Assembly: GCA_965207735.1 (NCBI GenBank)
Contig: OZ242296.1
Coordinates: 3,040,001-3,104,000, forward strand
Source: Candidatus Versatilivorator sp.
Lineage (GTDB): Bacteria; Acidobacteriota; Terriglobia; Versatilivoradales; Versatilivoraceae
Reading direction: 5' to 3'
DNA length: 64,000 bases
Shown: positions 19,501 to 29,046 of the stretch, in pieces
How positions within the stretch are numbered: position 1 is the first letter of the stretch
Layout of the letters: each line of letters opens with the position of its first letter
The notes under the pieces: generated by a model
Told to the model about the DNA's origin: nothing
What the model saw: the letters and a program-made list of their open reading frames with translations, nothing else
Database searches by the model: none
Translations under genes and position numbers: made by a program

Positions 19501-21103
19501 GTTTCGGTCGCTGGAATCCCGGATGGACGACGCCGACCTGGCGCCGGCCGGGAAAGACCGCCTGGCCCGGCGGCTGGCGCAAATCGCGGCTACCTTTTAC
19601 AACACCTCCGGCGGCGATGGCGGCCCCGGGCAGATGGGATACATCACCCCGGGCGCCGGTGAAATGATGGGGAAAGCCGTTCTGCACTACTGGGATGCGG
19701 AGCAACAGGGGAATGGCTCCCAGGGAACCCGCCTGGCCCTGGAGGCGTCGGCCGGCATCCCCTACCCGGACTTGCAGGACCGTCTGATGAGTTTCGCCAC
19801 CGAAGGGCCCGAGGAGCTGCGAACCCTGGCCGCGGCTGCCCTGGCCGATCCCAGCGCCGTCACCCTGCCGGCGACGCAGGAACTGATCCATCCGATGGTG
19901 GAGCAGATTCATCGGGGGGCCCTGGACTATGACCGCCGCAAGACGCTGGCGGAGCCGGTGATCAAGCTGCTGAGCCGGGCCGGCTGGACCGTACCCGAGA
20001 CCCTGGAGCAACAGCAGATCCTCTATTCGTTGTTGGTGCCCTCCTACCAGGCCCCACCCGACTCGGAGTCGTTGCGGGAAATTGTCCAGGCAGCCGAGGA
20101 CGCGGTGCGAAGGGAGGATCCGTTAACCCCAGACTGGTTCATTGCCGATCGGATGGGGAAGATGCTGGCGGCCAACCCCGACTTCCAGACCCCGTTTCTG
20201 GCGCGGCTTTTTCCCGAAGCGGTCAGGAACCCCATGCAAGCTCATTTCTGGCTCCCCAACATCGATTGGCTCTCCACCTTCCAGGACGAGGTGCCGGTGG
20301 TGAGGTCGGCTCCGGCGGACGGCGAGGAGTCCTCCGGCCTGCCGCAGGAATTGCTGGAGGCCCGAGTCCGGGCGCGGGCACTGCTGCTGCAGCTTCTGCA
20401 GGTCGAGACTCCCGAGTTGAGCCGGCGAACGGCTGTCAAACTCTCCTATCTGACCCGCTATCGCCAGGACCCGGCCATTTTGGCAGCCTTGAAGGCCCTG
20501 GTCGACTCGGAAACCAACGAGAAAATCAAAGAGGCTGCCCGCAACGTTCTGCGTTCGGAGCCGGATGTCTGGATGGCGGATCTCCGGGAGGCGGTCGGGA
20601 ATGAGCCCATGGCGGAGCGGTTGGGGCTCAGGGAGGGCGCGTCGCTTCCGGAGGAGTTTCTGGCCAGCTTTCGCTTTTTCCAGGACCACCTGGCTCCGGA
20701 ACTCAACCGACCGCAGCGCCACGACCAGATGGCCTGCATGAGCTGTCATGGAGTGCCCGGACGGGTACCGTCCATGGAGTTGGCACGCCCTGACGGCAAC
20801 GGCTACCTTTCCACTGCCAAAATGCTGAAAAACTACCTGATCCTGCAGGAGCGGGTGGATCCGGACAATCTCGAGAAGAGCAAGCTGCTGCGCAAGCCTC
20901 TCAACATTCAGACGGTCAAGGAGGATGGCCATCAGGGAGGCAGGCGCTATACCCCATCCGACCGCGGGTATCGGATCCTGCGGCAGTGGGCGCTGGATCT
21001 GCCTGGTGTTCTGCCTCAGGTACAGGCAAGGGGTGGCGGACCGACCCAGGCTCAGGAAGCCGCCGAGCCTGAAAGCGAGCCCGAGGACACTTCCAATCCC
21101 TAA
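16517..21103 (+). CDS. Large exported protein with two CxxCH heme-c motifs, prenyltransferase/squalene-cyclase-like repeats and HEAT repeats
   Basis: Signal peptide; EQEPNDT motif; CMSCH twice; QNPDGSWG and QKPYGLW; HEAT-like PLVRYWGVMGLG, PVKMVRDAAAWAM and PHPGVRAWAAKA. Confidence 0.8.
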   Translation: MAKLSIGKCGACCLAAVLALLGVFSGRAGRVSADTGADRVEVSLQSDSRWERTFNLGRGEVREISVAVSRPSSLPPNGRVAVSWQLKNPNGTDGEDLSRASSGSEKGGRKPDAFDIYTRPTAHWRKVLHALDPDVFLIYRAPVSGRYVLSLAPVIDEDPVFGGPRWREPGTAPQVAAFPRHTPWPTGARVSMLARVKPLDLEGPPGLHFHFEQEPNDTPEQAQPIPLPEGEGVQRVLVTAGADDVEYFDNGRVGRSGDDWFRLEFTGTEPRLLTCNLTLPDHTLAARLRFYALPDPTSRARPAPDEPFRDPADPAPDEMALLPLVEYTRGRNDNERVHQQSEDHRSEINRLLQPGGVYFLRAEANAPGYEIELRLLQPAPYRDPRMAVRQGLYDHLAQVDSWLTNRPRGASVERRIRDTGNLLGTHCMSCHTQAGVWGSAVPVENGYPVENVQNFRRLVNVMYESLRPTNYLKEAANNTSLAPLDVGDGPAGTRVAGHNVCTAERALPPRKLHSKQLVRAANHVLQTADPGGINAAGPGSNVGKSVVFSYAGEILRTAWDRTGHPRYFAGVEEKALKLLEVQPKYSDDLSHRIEFFRRFFPQDYLEASRKVHSVQQGLPPRPARIEPPPTTDESEEELPPAEFPDYELLSEEAALDLWQRIQGQVAEDEKHLRAIQNPDGSWGFDPGKPLPDGAGWKTDGESDPAPTALALIALESLGHGAGDPAVDSGVRALLGMQKPYGLWNKSAKTGFVTTAYVLHALSRLFPVSPEEPPRQRFEFTPEDSLRTTLAKVRDLSHSEDPELADLMVRAAAHHSPLVRYWGVMGLGGIHGKHGVDALIAAMGDPVKMVRDAAAWAMEQTLLDDRGFEELFEAYETGNDRVRETVLKALGMRADAVLTRPGFDQSRLTRLLAGALTRDPHPGVRAWAAKAAWQWWVWNPPLRPAIQQAWLSKLAAPETEALVEQCLRYQSHALFIANGHKANSSKIHQYPELTSLFRSLESRMDDADLAPAGKDRLARRLAQIAATFYNTSGGDGGPGQMGYITPGAGEMMGKAVLHYWDAEQQGNGSQGTRLALEASAGIPYPDLQDRLMSFATEGPEELRTLAAAALADPSAVTLPATQELIHPMVEQIHRGALDYDRRKTLAEPVIKLLSRAGWTVPETLEQQQILYSLLVPSYQAPPDSESLREIVQAAEDAVRREDPLTPDWFIADRMGKMLAANPDFQTPFLARLFPEAVRNPMQAHFWLPNIDWLSTFQDEVPVVRSAPADGEESSGLPQELLEARVRARALLLQLLQVETPELSRRTAVKLSYLTRYRQDPAILAALKALVDSETNEKIKEAARNVLRSEPDVWMADLREAVGNEPMAERLGLREGASLPEEFLASFRFFQDHLAPELNRPQRHDQMACMSCHGVPGRVPSMELARPDGNGYLSTAKMLKNYLILQERVDPDNLEKSKLLRKPLNIQTVKEDGHQGGRRYTPSDRGYRILRQWALDLPGVLPQVQARGGGPTQAQEAAEPESEPEDTSNP

Positions 21104-23088
21104 AAATGAGGAGAAGCCGTCATGCGGCTGAGTTTGGCGACCTTCCTCGAGGAGGGAGCCGGCGACTCTTCCAGGTAGGTATACCCCCGAAGACCCGACT
21201 CGTAGAAGCGGAGAAGCCGTCCCGACTCCTCCAGCGAGATCTTCTTGTCGCGAACGGCGCGCTCGATGTCCCGGCGCATGAGCGACAGCAGCTCGTCGGT
21301 ATGGTACTCCACGTAGCTGAGCACGTCTTTGACCCGGTCTCCCTTGACCACGTGGTCCACCCGTACCTCGCCGCTCGGTTCCAGGCTCACGTGGACGGCA
21401 TTGGTGTCCCCCAGCAGATTGTGCATGTCCCCCAGAATCTCCTGATAGGCCCCCACCAGAAACACCGCCAGGTAGTAGGGTTTCCCCGTAAAGGAGTGGA
21501 GCGGGAGGACCGGCCTGACACCCTGGGAATCGATGAAGCGGTCCACCCGTCCGTCGGAGTCGCAGGTGATATCCGCCAGGATGGCCCGCCGGGTCGGTTC
21601 CTGGTTCAGGCGGTGAATGGGTGTGATGGGGAAGAGATGGTCGATGGCCCAACTGTCCGGCATCGACTGGAAGATGGAATAGTTGCAGAAATAGGTGTCG
21701 GAGATAAGGGCTTCCAGGTTGCTGACCTCCTCGGGCACGTGGTCCAGGTTGCGAACGATCCCCAGCAGGGCGCGGCAGATGGACCAGTAGAGGCTCTCGC
21801 TGATGCTGCGCTGCTCCAGGCTGAGGTACCCCAGGTTGAAGAGGTTGAGGATGTCCTCCCGGAGCTGAACCGCGTCGTGATAGGCCTCCAGAAAGTTTTG
21901 CCCGCTAAGGTTGTGGGCGATCCAGTGGAGGTCCGACAGAGGTTGGGGAGAATCCTGCGGCAGCGACTCGGGGATGCGGAATCCCTCGAACCCCGACACC
22001 CCCAGCACGTTGAAGACCAGGACGCTGTGATAGGCCACCACGGCCCGGCCCGACTCCGAGACGATGGTGGGGTGGGGGACTCCGGCCTCGTCGCAGACCG
22101 ACTTGAGGCGGAAGACGATATCGTTGGCGTACTCCTGGAGGGTGTAGTTCACCGAGGACTCGAAGCTGGACTGGGAGCCGTCATAGTCGATCCCCAGCCC
22201 CCCGCCCACATCCAGCATTTCCAGGCCGGCTCCGGCCTGGATCAACTCCGCGTAGACTCGCGCCGCCTCGGTGATGGCTTCCTTGATCTTTCGAATGTTG
22301 GTCACCTGGCTGCCCATGTGGAAGTGCAGCAGACGCAGGCAGTCGGCCATATCCCGCTCACCCAGGTATCGGAGCGCCTCCACCACCTCGGTAGCCGTCA
22401 ATCCGAACTTGGAGCGATAGCCGGCCGATGACTCCCAGCGACCGGCCCCTCGGCTGGCCAGCTTCACCCGCACTCCGATTCGCGGCTTCACCCGAAGCTT
22501 GTCCGCGTACTTGACGATGAGCTCCAGCTCGGTGAAGCGTTCCACCACCGGAATGACCTTCTTGCCGATCTTTTGGGCCAGCATGACCGTCTCGATGAAT
22601 TCGTCGTCCTTGAACCCGTTGCAGACAATGGGAACGTCCCTGCCGTGAGTGACGGCCAGAACGGCCAGCAGCTCCGGCTTGGAGCCGGCTTCCAGTCCCA
22701 CCTGGTATTCCCGGCCGAAGTCCAGGATTTCCTGCACCACGTGCCGCTGCTGGTTCACCTTGATGGGGTAGACGCAGCGATAGGCGCCCTCGTACTCGAA
22801 CTCGTCGATGGCCTTCTCGAACGCCTGGTGAATCTCGGCGAGTCGATGCCGGAGGATGTCGGTGAACCGAATCAGGATGGGCAGCGAAATGCCGCGGGTC
22901 AGCAACTGGTCCGTCAGGCTCTTGAGGTCGATGGACCGACCGGGGTCCTTGTCGGGGTGAACGGTAATGTGCCCTTTCCGGTTGATGGAAAAGTAGCCCT
23001 GTCCCCATTTCGCGATGTGGTAGGCGTCCAGGGAATCCTGAATGGTCCAGCGCTTGACCGGCTCCACCCGTGGTTGCAGCTTGGGCAT
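21100..23088 (-). CDS. speA: Biosynthetic arginine decarboxylase
   Basis: VYPIKVNQ, GLEAGSKPEL, DVGGGLGIDYDGS, DITCDSDG and GAYQEILGDMHNL motifs. Confidence 0.97.
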   Translation of the reverse strand: MPKLQPRVEPVKRWTIQDSLDAYHIAKWGQGYFSINRKGHITVHPDKDPGRSIDLKSLTDQLLTRGISLPILIRFTDILRHRLAEIHQAFEKAIDEFEYEGAYRCVYPIKVNQQRHVVQEILDFGREYQVGLEAGSKPELLAVLAVTHGRDVPIVCNGFKDDEFIETVMLAQKIGKKVIPVVERFTELELIVKYADKLRVKPRIGVRVKLASRGAGRWESSAGYRSKFGLTATEVVEALRYLGERDMADCLRLLHFHMGSQVTNIRKIKEAITEAARVYAELIQAGAGLEMLDVGGGLGIDYDGSQSSFESSVNYTLQEYANDIVFRLKSVCDEAGVPHPTIVSESGRAVVAYHSVLVFNVLGVSGFEGFRIPESLPQDSPQPLSDLHWIAHNLSGQNFLEAYHDAVQLREDILNLFNLGYLSLEQRSISESLYWSICRALLGIVRNLDHVPEEVSNLEALISDTYFCNYSIFQSMPDSWAIDHLFPITPIHRLNQEPTRRAILADITCDSDGRVDRFIDSQGVRPVLPLHSFTGKPYYLAVFLVGAYQEILGDMHNLLGDTNAVHVSLEPSGEVRVDHVVKGDRVKDVLSYVEYHTDELLSLMRRDIERAVRDKKISLEESGRLLRFYESGLRGYTYLEESPAPSSRKVAKLSRMTASPHF

Positions 23089-23174
23089 GAGGTCTCCTCG
23101 GAGGGACCGGCCTGTTTCCAGATCCCCCGATGCCATTTAAGAACGCATTGAATCCGGCGGCAACAAAAAAGGAC

Positions 23175-24035
23175 TCAGTTGACGAGCTCGTCCAGTCCCA
23201 GGGCTACCATGAGCAGAATACTGACGTAACCGTTGACCGTGAAGAAGGCGGCATTGACCCGGGTGAGGTCATTGGGGCGAACCAGTCGGTGCTCGTGCCA
23301 CAGCAATCCGGCCACCAGCAGGATGCCGAGCAGGCTGATCCAGCCGAGACCTTGAACCCGAACCAGGGCCAGCAGGGCCAGAAGCATGCCGATGTGCAGC
23401 CAGCGGGACACCCTCAGCCCCCGTTCGACGCCGTAACCCTCGGGGATGGAAAAGAGGGCTTGCCGGCGATCGAAGTCCACATCCTGACAGGCGTAGATGA
23501 TGTCGAACCCGGCTGTCCAGAGCAGTACCGCCAGGCCCAGGAGCAGGGGCGGCCAGCCGATCTCGCCGCGCACGGCAATCCAGGAGCCCAGCGGGGCCAG
23601 CCCCAGACAGAACCCCAGGTAGAGATGGGAGAGCCGGGTGAACCGCTTGGTGTAGGAGTAGAGGAGCAGAAAGAGCAGTACCGGGAAGGACAGGCGGAAG
23701 CAGAGCGGGTTGAGCTGGTAGGCCGCCAGGACGAAAACGGATGCCGAGGCCAGGGTGAAGACGGTGACGAACAATCGACTGAGGTGCCCGGCAGGCAGGG
23801 CCCGGCTGTTGGTCCGGGGATTCAAGGCGTCGATCCGAACGTCCGCCAGCCGGTTGAAGGCCATGGCCACGCTGCGGGCTCCCACCATGGCCACCACGAT
23901 CCACAGAACCTTGCGGCCGCCGGGCCATCCCTCTGCCGCCAGCAGCGCGCTCAGCAGGGCAAAGGGGAGCGCAAAGACCGTGTGCTCGAACTTGATCATG
24001 TCCAGGGTGATCTTTGTGCTGGAGAAAAGGCTCAT
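23175..24035 (-). CDS. ubiA: UbiA-family polyprenyltransferase (MqnP-like)
   Basis: [33 protein letters not shown] and [14 protein letters not shown] motifs. Confidence 0.9.
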   Translation of the reverse strand: MSLFSSTKITLDMIKFEHTVFALPFALLSALLAAEGWPGGRKVLWIVVAMVGARSVAMAFNRLADVRIDALNPRTNSRALPAGHLSRLFVTVFTLASASVFVLAAYQLNPLCFRLSFPVLLFLLLYSYTKRFTRLSHLYLGFCLGLAPLGSWIAVRGEIGWPPLLLGLAVLLWTAGFDIIYACQDVDFDRRQALFSIPEGYGVERGLRVSRWLHIGMLLALLALVRVQGLGWISLLGILLVAGLLWHEHRLVRPNDLTRVNAAFFTVNGYVSILLMVALGLDELVN

Positions 24036-24118
24036 GTCAGCTTGATGTTCGACGAGCGAGCAACGATGGCGGGAGGGCTCTTCGGCCGGAGACGGAAAGA
24101 GAGAATTCCGGCCAACCC

Positions 24119-24730
24119 TCAACCCCCTTTGTCTCCCGTCCAGCGGAAGGCCGCTTCCGGGTTCAGCCCCAGGTGCTGCATCACCCGGTAGAGAAACTGG
24201 TCGATGATCCCCTCGAGGGTGGTATCTCCATGGTAAAAGGAGGGAGTGGCCGAAAACACCACCGCCCCCGCCAGGGTTGCCAGACGCATGTTCTCCAGGT
24301 GGATGAGATTGAAGGGGGTGTCCCGAACCACCAGCACCAGCTTGCGTCTCTCCTTGAGCATGACATCGGCGGCGCGCTGAATCAGGTTCCGGGAGATGCC
24401 GTGGGCAATGCTGCCCAGGGTTCCCATGCTGCAGGGAACGACCGCCATGGAGTCTACCGGGTGGGATCCGCTGGCGATCTTGGCCCCGATATCGTCGTTG
24501 CTGAGCACCTCGATCTTGCGGTGATGGCTCCCCGCCAGCTTCTCGCCCAGGTTACTAAGAGTGAGGGGTCTGAGATCCAGCTCATCGTTGAGGACGCGCA
24601 GGGCGGCTCCGGAAACAACCAGGTTGATGCGGGAAACAGCCGGCTCGGCGGCCAGCAGGTTCAGCAGGCGATAGGGATAAATGGCTCCGCTGGCTCCCGT
24701 GATGGCGAGGGTGATCTCCAAGTCTTTCAT
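24119..24730 (-). CDS. ubiX: Flavin prenyltransferase UbiX
   Basis: [24 protein letters not shown] and [21 protein letters not shown] motifs. Confidence 0.95.
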   Translation of the reverse strand: MKDLEITLAITGASGAIYPYRLLNLLAAEPAVSRINLVVSGAALRVLNDELDLRPLTLSNLGEKLAGSHHRKIEVLSNDDIGAKIASGSHPVDSMAVVPCSMGTLGSIAHGISRNLIQRAADVMLKERRKLVLVVRDTPFNLIHLENMRLATLAGAVVFSATPSFYHGDTTLEGIIDQFLYRVMQHLGLNPEAAFRWTGDKGG

Positions 24731-25034
24731 ACCCGGTGGGTCGTGGAGTGCATGGGTCCTTCGGACCAGGGTTCCGAGACAGGATACTCGGACCTGCAAC
24801 TTCCCTTCAATGGTACATCAACTCCTGAATCGTCGGCCAGCCGCCGTTTGTCAGCGGGTCTCCGGGCACGAATCGCGGTTCGAAGGCTGCACCGGGAATC
24901 TGCTTGACTTCCGTCGATTGCTGATTTCTGATTGTCGATTGAAGAATTGCCACAAGGGACTTTGCTTCAAATCCAAAATTCGAGATCTGAAGACCTTGGC
25001 TCATCTGTCAATGTCGTTTCGACTCAAAGCGGGC

Positions 25035-26153
25035 TAGCCCGCATTTCTCACCAGGGGGCATGATCATGGCGCAGGATTTTTCCCTTCAGCGCGTGCTCGC
25101 GACCGAAGAGCGTAGCGGTCACTACGCGCGAGGGAGCATGTGCGCGCTGAAGGGAAAAAGACAAGCCAAGGCATGCCCAGCGCGGTCTGTTACCCGAAAG
25201 CCCTTCCCATGGAGCCAATCAAAGTACTGAAGATAAACTACTTGTCGTCATGGCACCAGCGGCCTGGGTAGAGTCGAGGACTGGCGCGTTGACTATAGGG
25301 TCCGGTGGCTATTCCGTCGCTTTCGCTTCGGGCCTCAGTCCGGCTCCCTTATCACGTTTCCAGTCCCCGCTCTCCGAACCGGACGTGCGGTTTTCCCGCA
25401 TCTCGGCTCTCCAGTGGGATCATGCGTCTCGCACACAGGTCCCCGCTCGCATCCGTGGACGACTCCTATGGGATTGGCACCCGTCCCCCACTCCATCCAC
25501 TTCCGCTCCCGGGTTGCCGCCAGGCCTGTTGATGCCCTGACGACGCCGTCCTCCTCCGACGACCCTTTCACTTTTGCATGTGATGCTTCCGGAGTCTCCG
25601 GCCCTTTTTTGGTCGGGGTTTCAGGCTTTCGCCACTCCCGGGACCCTTCCCCCTTCGGTCACCGCTCCTCACCTGAGGCCCCTTCCCTCCACCGGTATTA
25701 CCCGGCTTCTCCGGTACTACAGGCCTCTCCGCCACCCTGTCGGCCTAGACTGACTCTCGCGAGCTTCCGGTTCGGTGCGTGCCTCACCACCCACAGGGCT
25801 TCCCATGTTGCTGCCTTCTTCCCCTTCCATGCGTGCCAGCGCCACTACCCCGGCGGGTCCAAAGGGGTGCCCGCGTCGCTCGCTTCCCCCTCCGTCTTCG
25901 GCCTTCCCCATTTCTCAGGTGGGTCGGCCCCCGCATTGCCCGTTTCGAGGCCTGCTCGACGTTCACTCGCGTTCCGGCCCGCATGCTCGCTGAACCGCCT
26001 TAAGCGGCCCTTTGACACCAGAGGGCTTCAGACCATATCGTTACCTCCATGATCCGCCCTGGCTGCTACCAACCGGAGCGACAGTTGTTGGACGGGTTTC
26101 GCACCCGTTGGAAGAAGGCGCCTTTCCATGGCGCACTGAGAAATGCGGGCTAG
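25035..26153. mobile_element. MITE copy A (~250 bp) interrupted by a group II intron
   Basis: TIR TAGCCCGCATTTCTCACCAGG ... CCTGG|TGAGAAATGCGGGCTA; body nearly identical to 37812-38056 and 52065-52313. Confidence 0.9.
25268..26136 (-). ncRNA. ORF-less group II intron ribozyme (bacterial class E/F-like)
   Basis: 5' GTGCG; D5 GAGCCGAGATGCGGGAAAACCGCACGTCCGGTTC; D6 GAGCGGGGACTGG...CCAGTCCTCG-A-CTCTAC with bulged A; 3' AC; removing it restores the MITE exactly. Confidence 0.92.
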
Positions 26154-26174
26154 CTATCTGGCCGGAGACTTCCC

Positions 26175-26921
26175 ATGAATGAAAAGACCCTCAGAAACCT
26201 GCTGGAGGAGATCAAGGGTGGCAAGCTCTCGGTCGACCAGGGGCTGGAGCAGTTGCGGCACCTGCCTTTCGAGGACCTGGGATTCGCCAAGATCGATCAC
26301 CACCGCTCCCTCCGCCAGGGGTTTGCCGAGGTGGTGTTCGGACAGGGCAAGACGGCGGACCAGATCGAGACCATCGTCAAGCGGATGCTTCCCCACAAGC
26401 ACAACATCCTGGTGACTCGCAGCCAGGAGGAGGTCTTCGGGCGAATCCGGTCCCTGTCTCCCAAGGCCCGCTTCCACCGGGAGTCCGGGACAATTGTGAT
26501 TCTGCAGGACGAGGAGATTCGAGGCAAGGGAACCATTCTGGTGGTTTCGGCGGGAACCGCCGACATCCCGGTGGCCCAGGAAGCGGTGGTGACCGCCCAG
26601 GCCATGGGAAATCGCGTGGAGACCCTCTACGACGTGGGGGTGGCCGGCATCCACCGCTTGCTGGACGCTCGCGAAAAGCTCCTGGCGGCTCGAGTGGTGA
26701 TCGTGGCTGCCGGCATGGAGGGAGCTCTCCCCAGCGTGGTCGGCGGACTGGTCTCGGCGCCGGTGGTGGCGGTGCCCACCAGCGTCGGATACGGCGCCAG
26801 CTTCGGCGGGGTGGCGGCCTTATTGGGAATGCTCAACAGTTGTGCCTCCAACGTGAGCGTGGTCAACATCGACAATGGGTATGGGGCGGGATTTGTGGCC
26901 AGTCTCATCAACCGTTTGTGA
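26175..26921 (+). CDS. larB: Nickel pincer cofactor biosynthesis protein LarB
   Basis: [49 protein letters not shown] and [10 protein letters not shown] motifs. Confidence 0.93.
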   Translation: MNEKTLRNLLEEIKGGKLSVDQGLEQLRHLPFEDLGFAKIDHHRSLRQGFAEVVFGQGKTADQIETIVKRMLPHKHNILVTRSQEEVFGRIRSLSPKARFHRESGTIVILQDEEIRGKGTILVVSAGTADIPVAQEAVVTAQAMGNRVETLYDVGVAGIHRLLDAREKLLAARVVIVAAGMEGALPSVVGGLVSAPVVAVPTSVGYGASFGGVAALLGMLNSCASNVSVVNIDNGYGAGFVASLINRL

Positions 26922-27011
26922 ACCGATGGCCTTTCGATGACCAGCTGCGGCTTGAGTCCCCTGAGGGCTTTTGCTATTCTCTGATTGCCGGTCACCAAGG
27001 AAAAACAACAC

Positions 27012-27761
27012 ATGTCGGGACATTCCAAATGGCATAGCATCAGGCACAAGAAAGGTGCGGCCGATGCCAGGCGGGGCAAGCTGTTCACCAACCTGATCAA
27101 GGAAATCACCGTGGCCGCGCGGCTGGGCGGCGGGGACCCGGACGGCAACCCCAGGCTCCGGGCGGCCATGGCGGCGGCCAAGTCCGCCAACATGCCCGGG
27201 GAGAACATCAAGCGGGCCGTGCAGAAGGGAACGGGCGAGCTGCCGGGGCTCAGCTACGAAGACGCGGTCTACGAGGGCTACGGCCCCGGCGGCGTGGCCA
27301 TCCTGGTCGAGGCCGTGACCGACAACAAGAACCGGACCGTGTCGGATATCCGCCACGTCTTTTCCAAATTCGGGGGCAACCTGGGGCAGTCGGGGTGTGT
27401 GGCCCATCTGTTCCAAAGACAGGGCTTGATTCTCATCGACAAGTCCAGCACCAGCGAAGACGACTTGATGTCGGTGGCTCTGGAGGCCGGAGCCGAGGAT
27501 ATGAGGGAAGCGGGCGAGGTTTACGAAATCTACACCTCACCGCAGGACTATGACGCGGTGCTGGAGGAGATCCGGCGTCACAACCTGGAGGTGGCGTCGG
27601 CTGACCTTTCCATGATCCCCCAGACCACCATGCAGCTTGCGGGGAAGCCGGCCCAGCAGATGCTGCGGCTGATGGAATCGTTGGAAGACCACGACGACGT
27701 GCAAAAGGTCTTCGCCAACTTCGACATCGAGGATGCGGAACTGGAGGCTGCCGCCTCGTAG
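27012..27761 (+). CDS. yebC: YebC/PmpR family protein
   Basis: MSGHSKWHSIRHKKG, YEGYGPGG, TDNKNRT and LEDHDDVQKVFAN motifs. Confidence 0.95.
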   Translation: MSGHSKWHSIRHKKGAADARRGKLFTNLIKEITVAARLGGGDPDGNPRLRAAMAAAKSANMPGENIKRAVQKGTGELPGLSYEDAVYEGYGPGGVAILVEAVTDNKNRTVSDIRHVFSKFGGNLGQSGCVAHLFQRQGLILIDKSSTSEDDLMSVALEAGAEDMREAGEVYEIYTSPQDYDAVLEEIRRHNLEVASADLSMIPQTTMQLAGKPAQQMLRLMESLEDHDDVQKVFANFDIEDAELEAAAS

Positions 27762-27848
27762 GGCGACACCGGGACCGTGGCGTGGATAAATCCTGGAAGA
27801 ACCGCCGGTGGATGGTTTGCCGGAAGATGCCGGCGACCACGGGGTCCC

Positions 27849-28379
27849 ATGAGAGTTTTGGGTATCGATTGCGGTTCACGGTCGACCGGATACGGCATTA
27901 TCGACAGTGAGGGAGGGCGTCAGCAGCCGGTCGTCTTCGGGGCCATTTCTCTTCCCGCCAAACACTCCCTTGGCACTCGGCTGGTGACCGTTCACCAGCG
28001 GCTTCGCCAACTCATCGACTCCTACACCCCTCAGGTTGCTGCTGTAGAGGACCAGTTCTATCTCACCAACTTCAAGAGCGTCATGAAGCTCGGCCAGGTC
28101 AAGGGTGTGGTGATCTGCACGACGGTCCTGGCGGGCATTCCCATCGTGGAGTACAGTCCCTTGGAGATCAAGAACGCCGTCACCGGATATGGCCGGGCGG
28201 ACAAGCAGCAGGTTCAGGCCATGGTCGGACGGCTGCTGGGACTGGCCAGCCCCCCCAAGCCCCACGACGCGGCCGATGCACTGGCTCTGGCCCTGTGTCA
28301 TGCTCAGGTCATGACCACTGAAAGCCGCATCAGGAGAGGGATCTCCAAGACCAATGTTCCCCTTTCCCCCCGAAGCTGA
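27849..28379 (+). CDS. ruvC: Holliday junction resolvase RuvC
   Basis: MRVLGIDCG, AAVED, IKNAVTGYGRADKQQVQAMV and DAADALALA motifs. Confidence 0.95.
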   Translation: MRVLGIDCGSRSTGYGIIDSEGGRQQPVVFGAISLPAKHSLGTRLVTVHQRLRQLIDSYTPQVAAVEDQFYLTNFKSVMKLGQVKGVVICTTVLAGIPIVEYSPLEIKNAVTGYGRADKQQVQAMVGRLLGLASPPKPHDAADALALALCHAQVMTTESRIRRGISKTNVPLSPRS

Positions 28380-28383
28380 GTCC

Positions 28384-29046
28384 ATGCGCCCGTCCCGAGT
28401 CCATTCAGCCTGGCTGCTGTCGCTCGCACTGCTCCTTTTGTCCGACGGTTTGAGCGGCGCCGGACAGCCCACTCGTGTGTTCTGGCAAAAGGACTACTCC
28501 CGGGGCAGGACCGAGTTGCACCGCATTGAAGTGGAGACGGATGGAAAGACCCGGTACGTGCTGAGACTGGGAGGCGGAGAGCCGGTGGAGGTGGATTTTC
28601 AGCTCAAGTCCCACATTCTCCAACGCCTCCTGGATATGTTCGTCCAGGCCGACTTTCTGAACCGGGACAAGAACTTCGTGAGCTCACGGCGGGTGGCCGA
28701 TACCGGAACGCGCACCATACGCCTGGTGAGCGGCCCCCAAACGCGCGAAGTGGTGTTTCGGCACACCGAGGACAAGACCTTTCGCAAGATCGTGACTTTT
28801 TTCGATCACCTCTCCGCTCAGGAGAGATTCCTCCTCGATTTGAAGCTGACCTTGAAGCACGACCGGCTGGGGATTCCCAGGAAATTGGATCTACTGCGAG
28901 GATTCCTGGACAGAAAAACAATTGTGGATCCCCAACGGTTCTCGCCCATCCTGAAGAGAATTTCCCAGGACACCTCCTTGATGAACCTGGCCCGCAAGAC
29001 CGCCCGAAGACTCCTCAGACAAATCGACCGCCGTCCCTCCGGCTAG
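28384..29046 (+). CDS. Hypothetical secreted protein
   Basis: Signal peptide; co-oriented with ruvC; plausible composition. Confidence 0.7.
   Translation: MRPSRVHSAWLLSLALLLLSDGLSGAGQPTRVFWQKDYSRGRTELHRIEVETDGKTRYVLRLGGGEPVEVDFQLKSHILQRLLDMFVQADFLNRDKNFVSSRRVADTGTRTIRLVSGPQTREVVFRHTEDKTFRKIVTFFDHLSAQERFLLDLKLTLKHDRLGIPRKLDLLRGFLDRKTIVDPQRFSPILKRISQDTSLMNLARKTARRLLRQIDRRPSG

Noticed and set aside
25250-26052. Several ORFs (64-212 aa) within the intron
   Set aside because: No RT/maturase motifs; the sequence is explained by ribozyme structure
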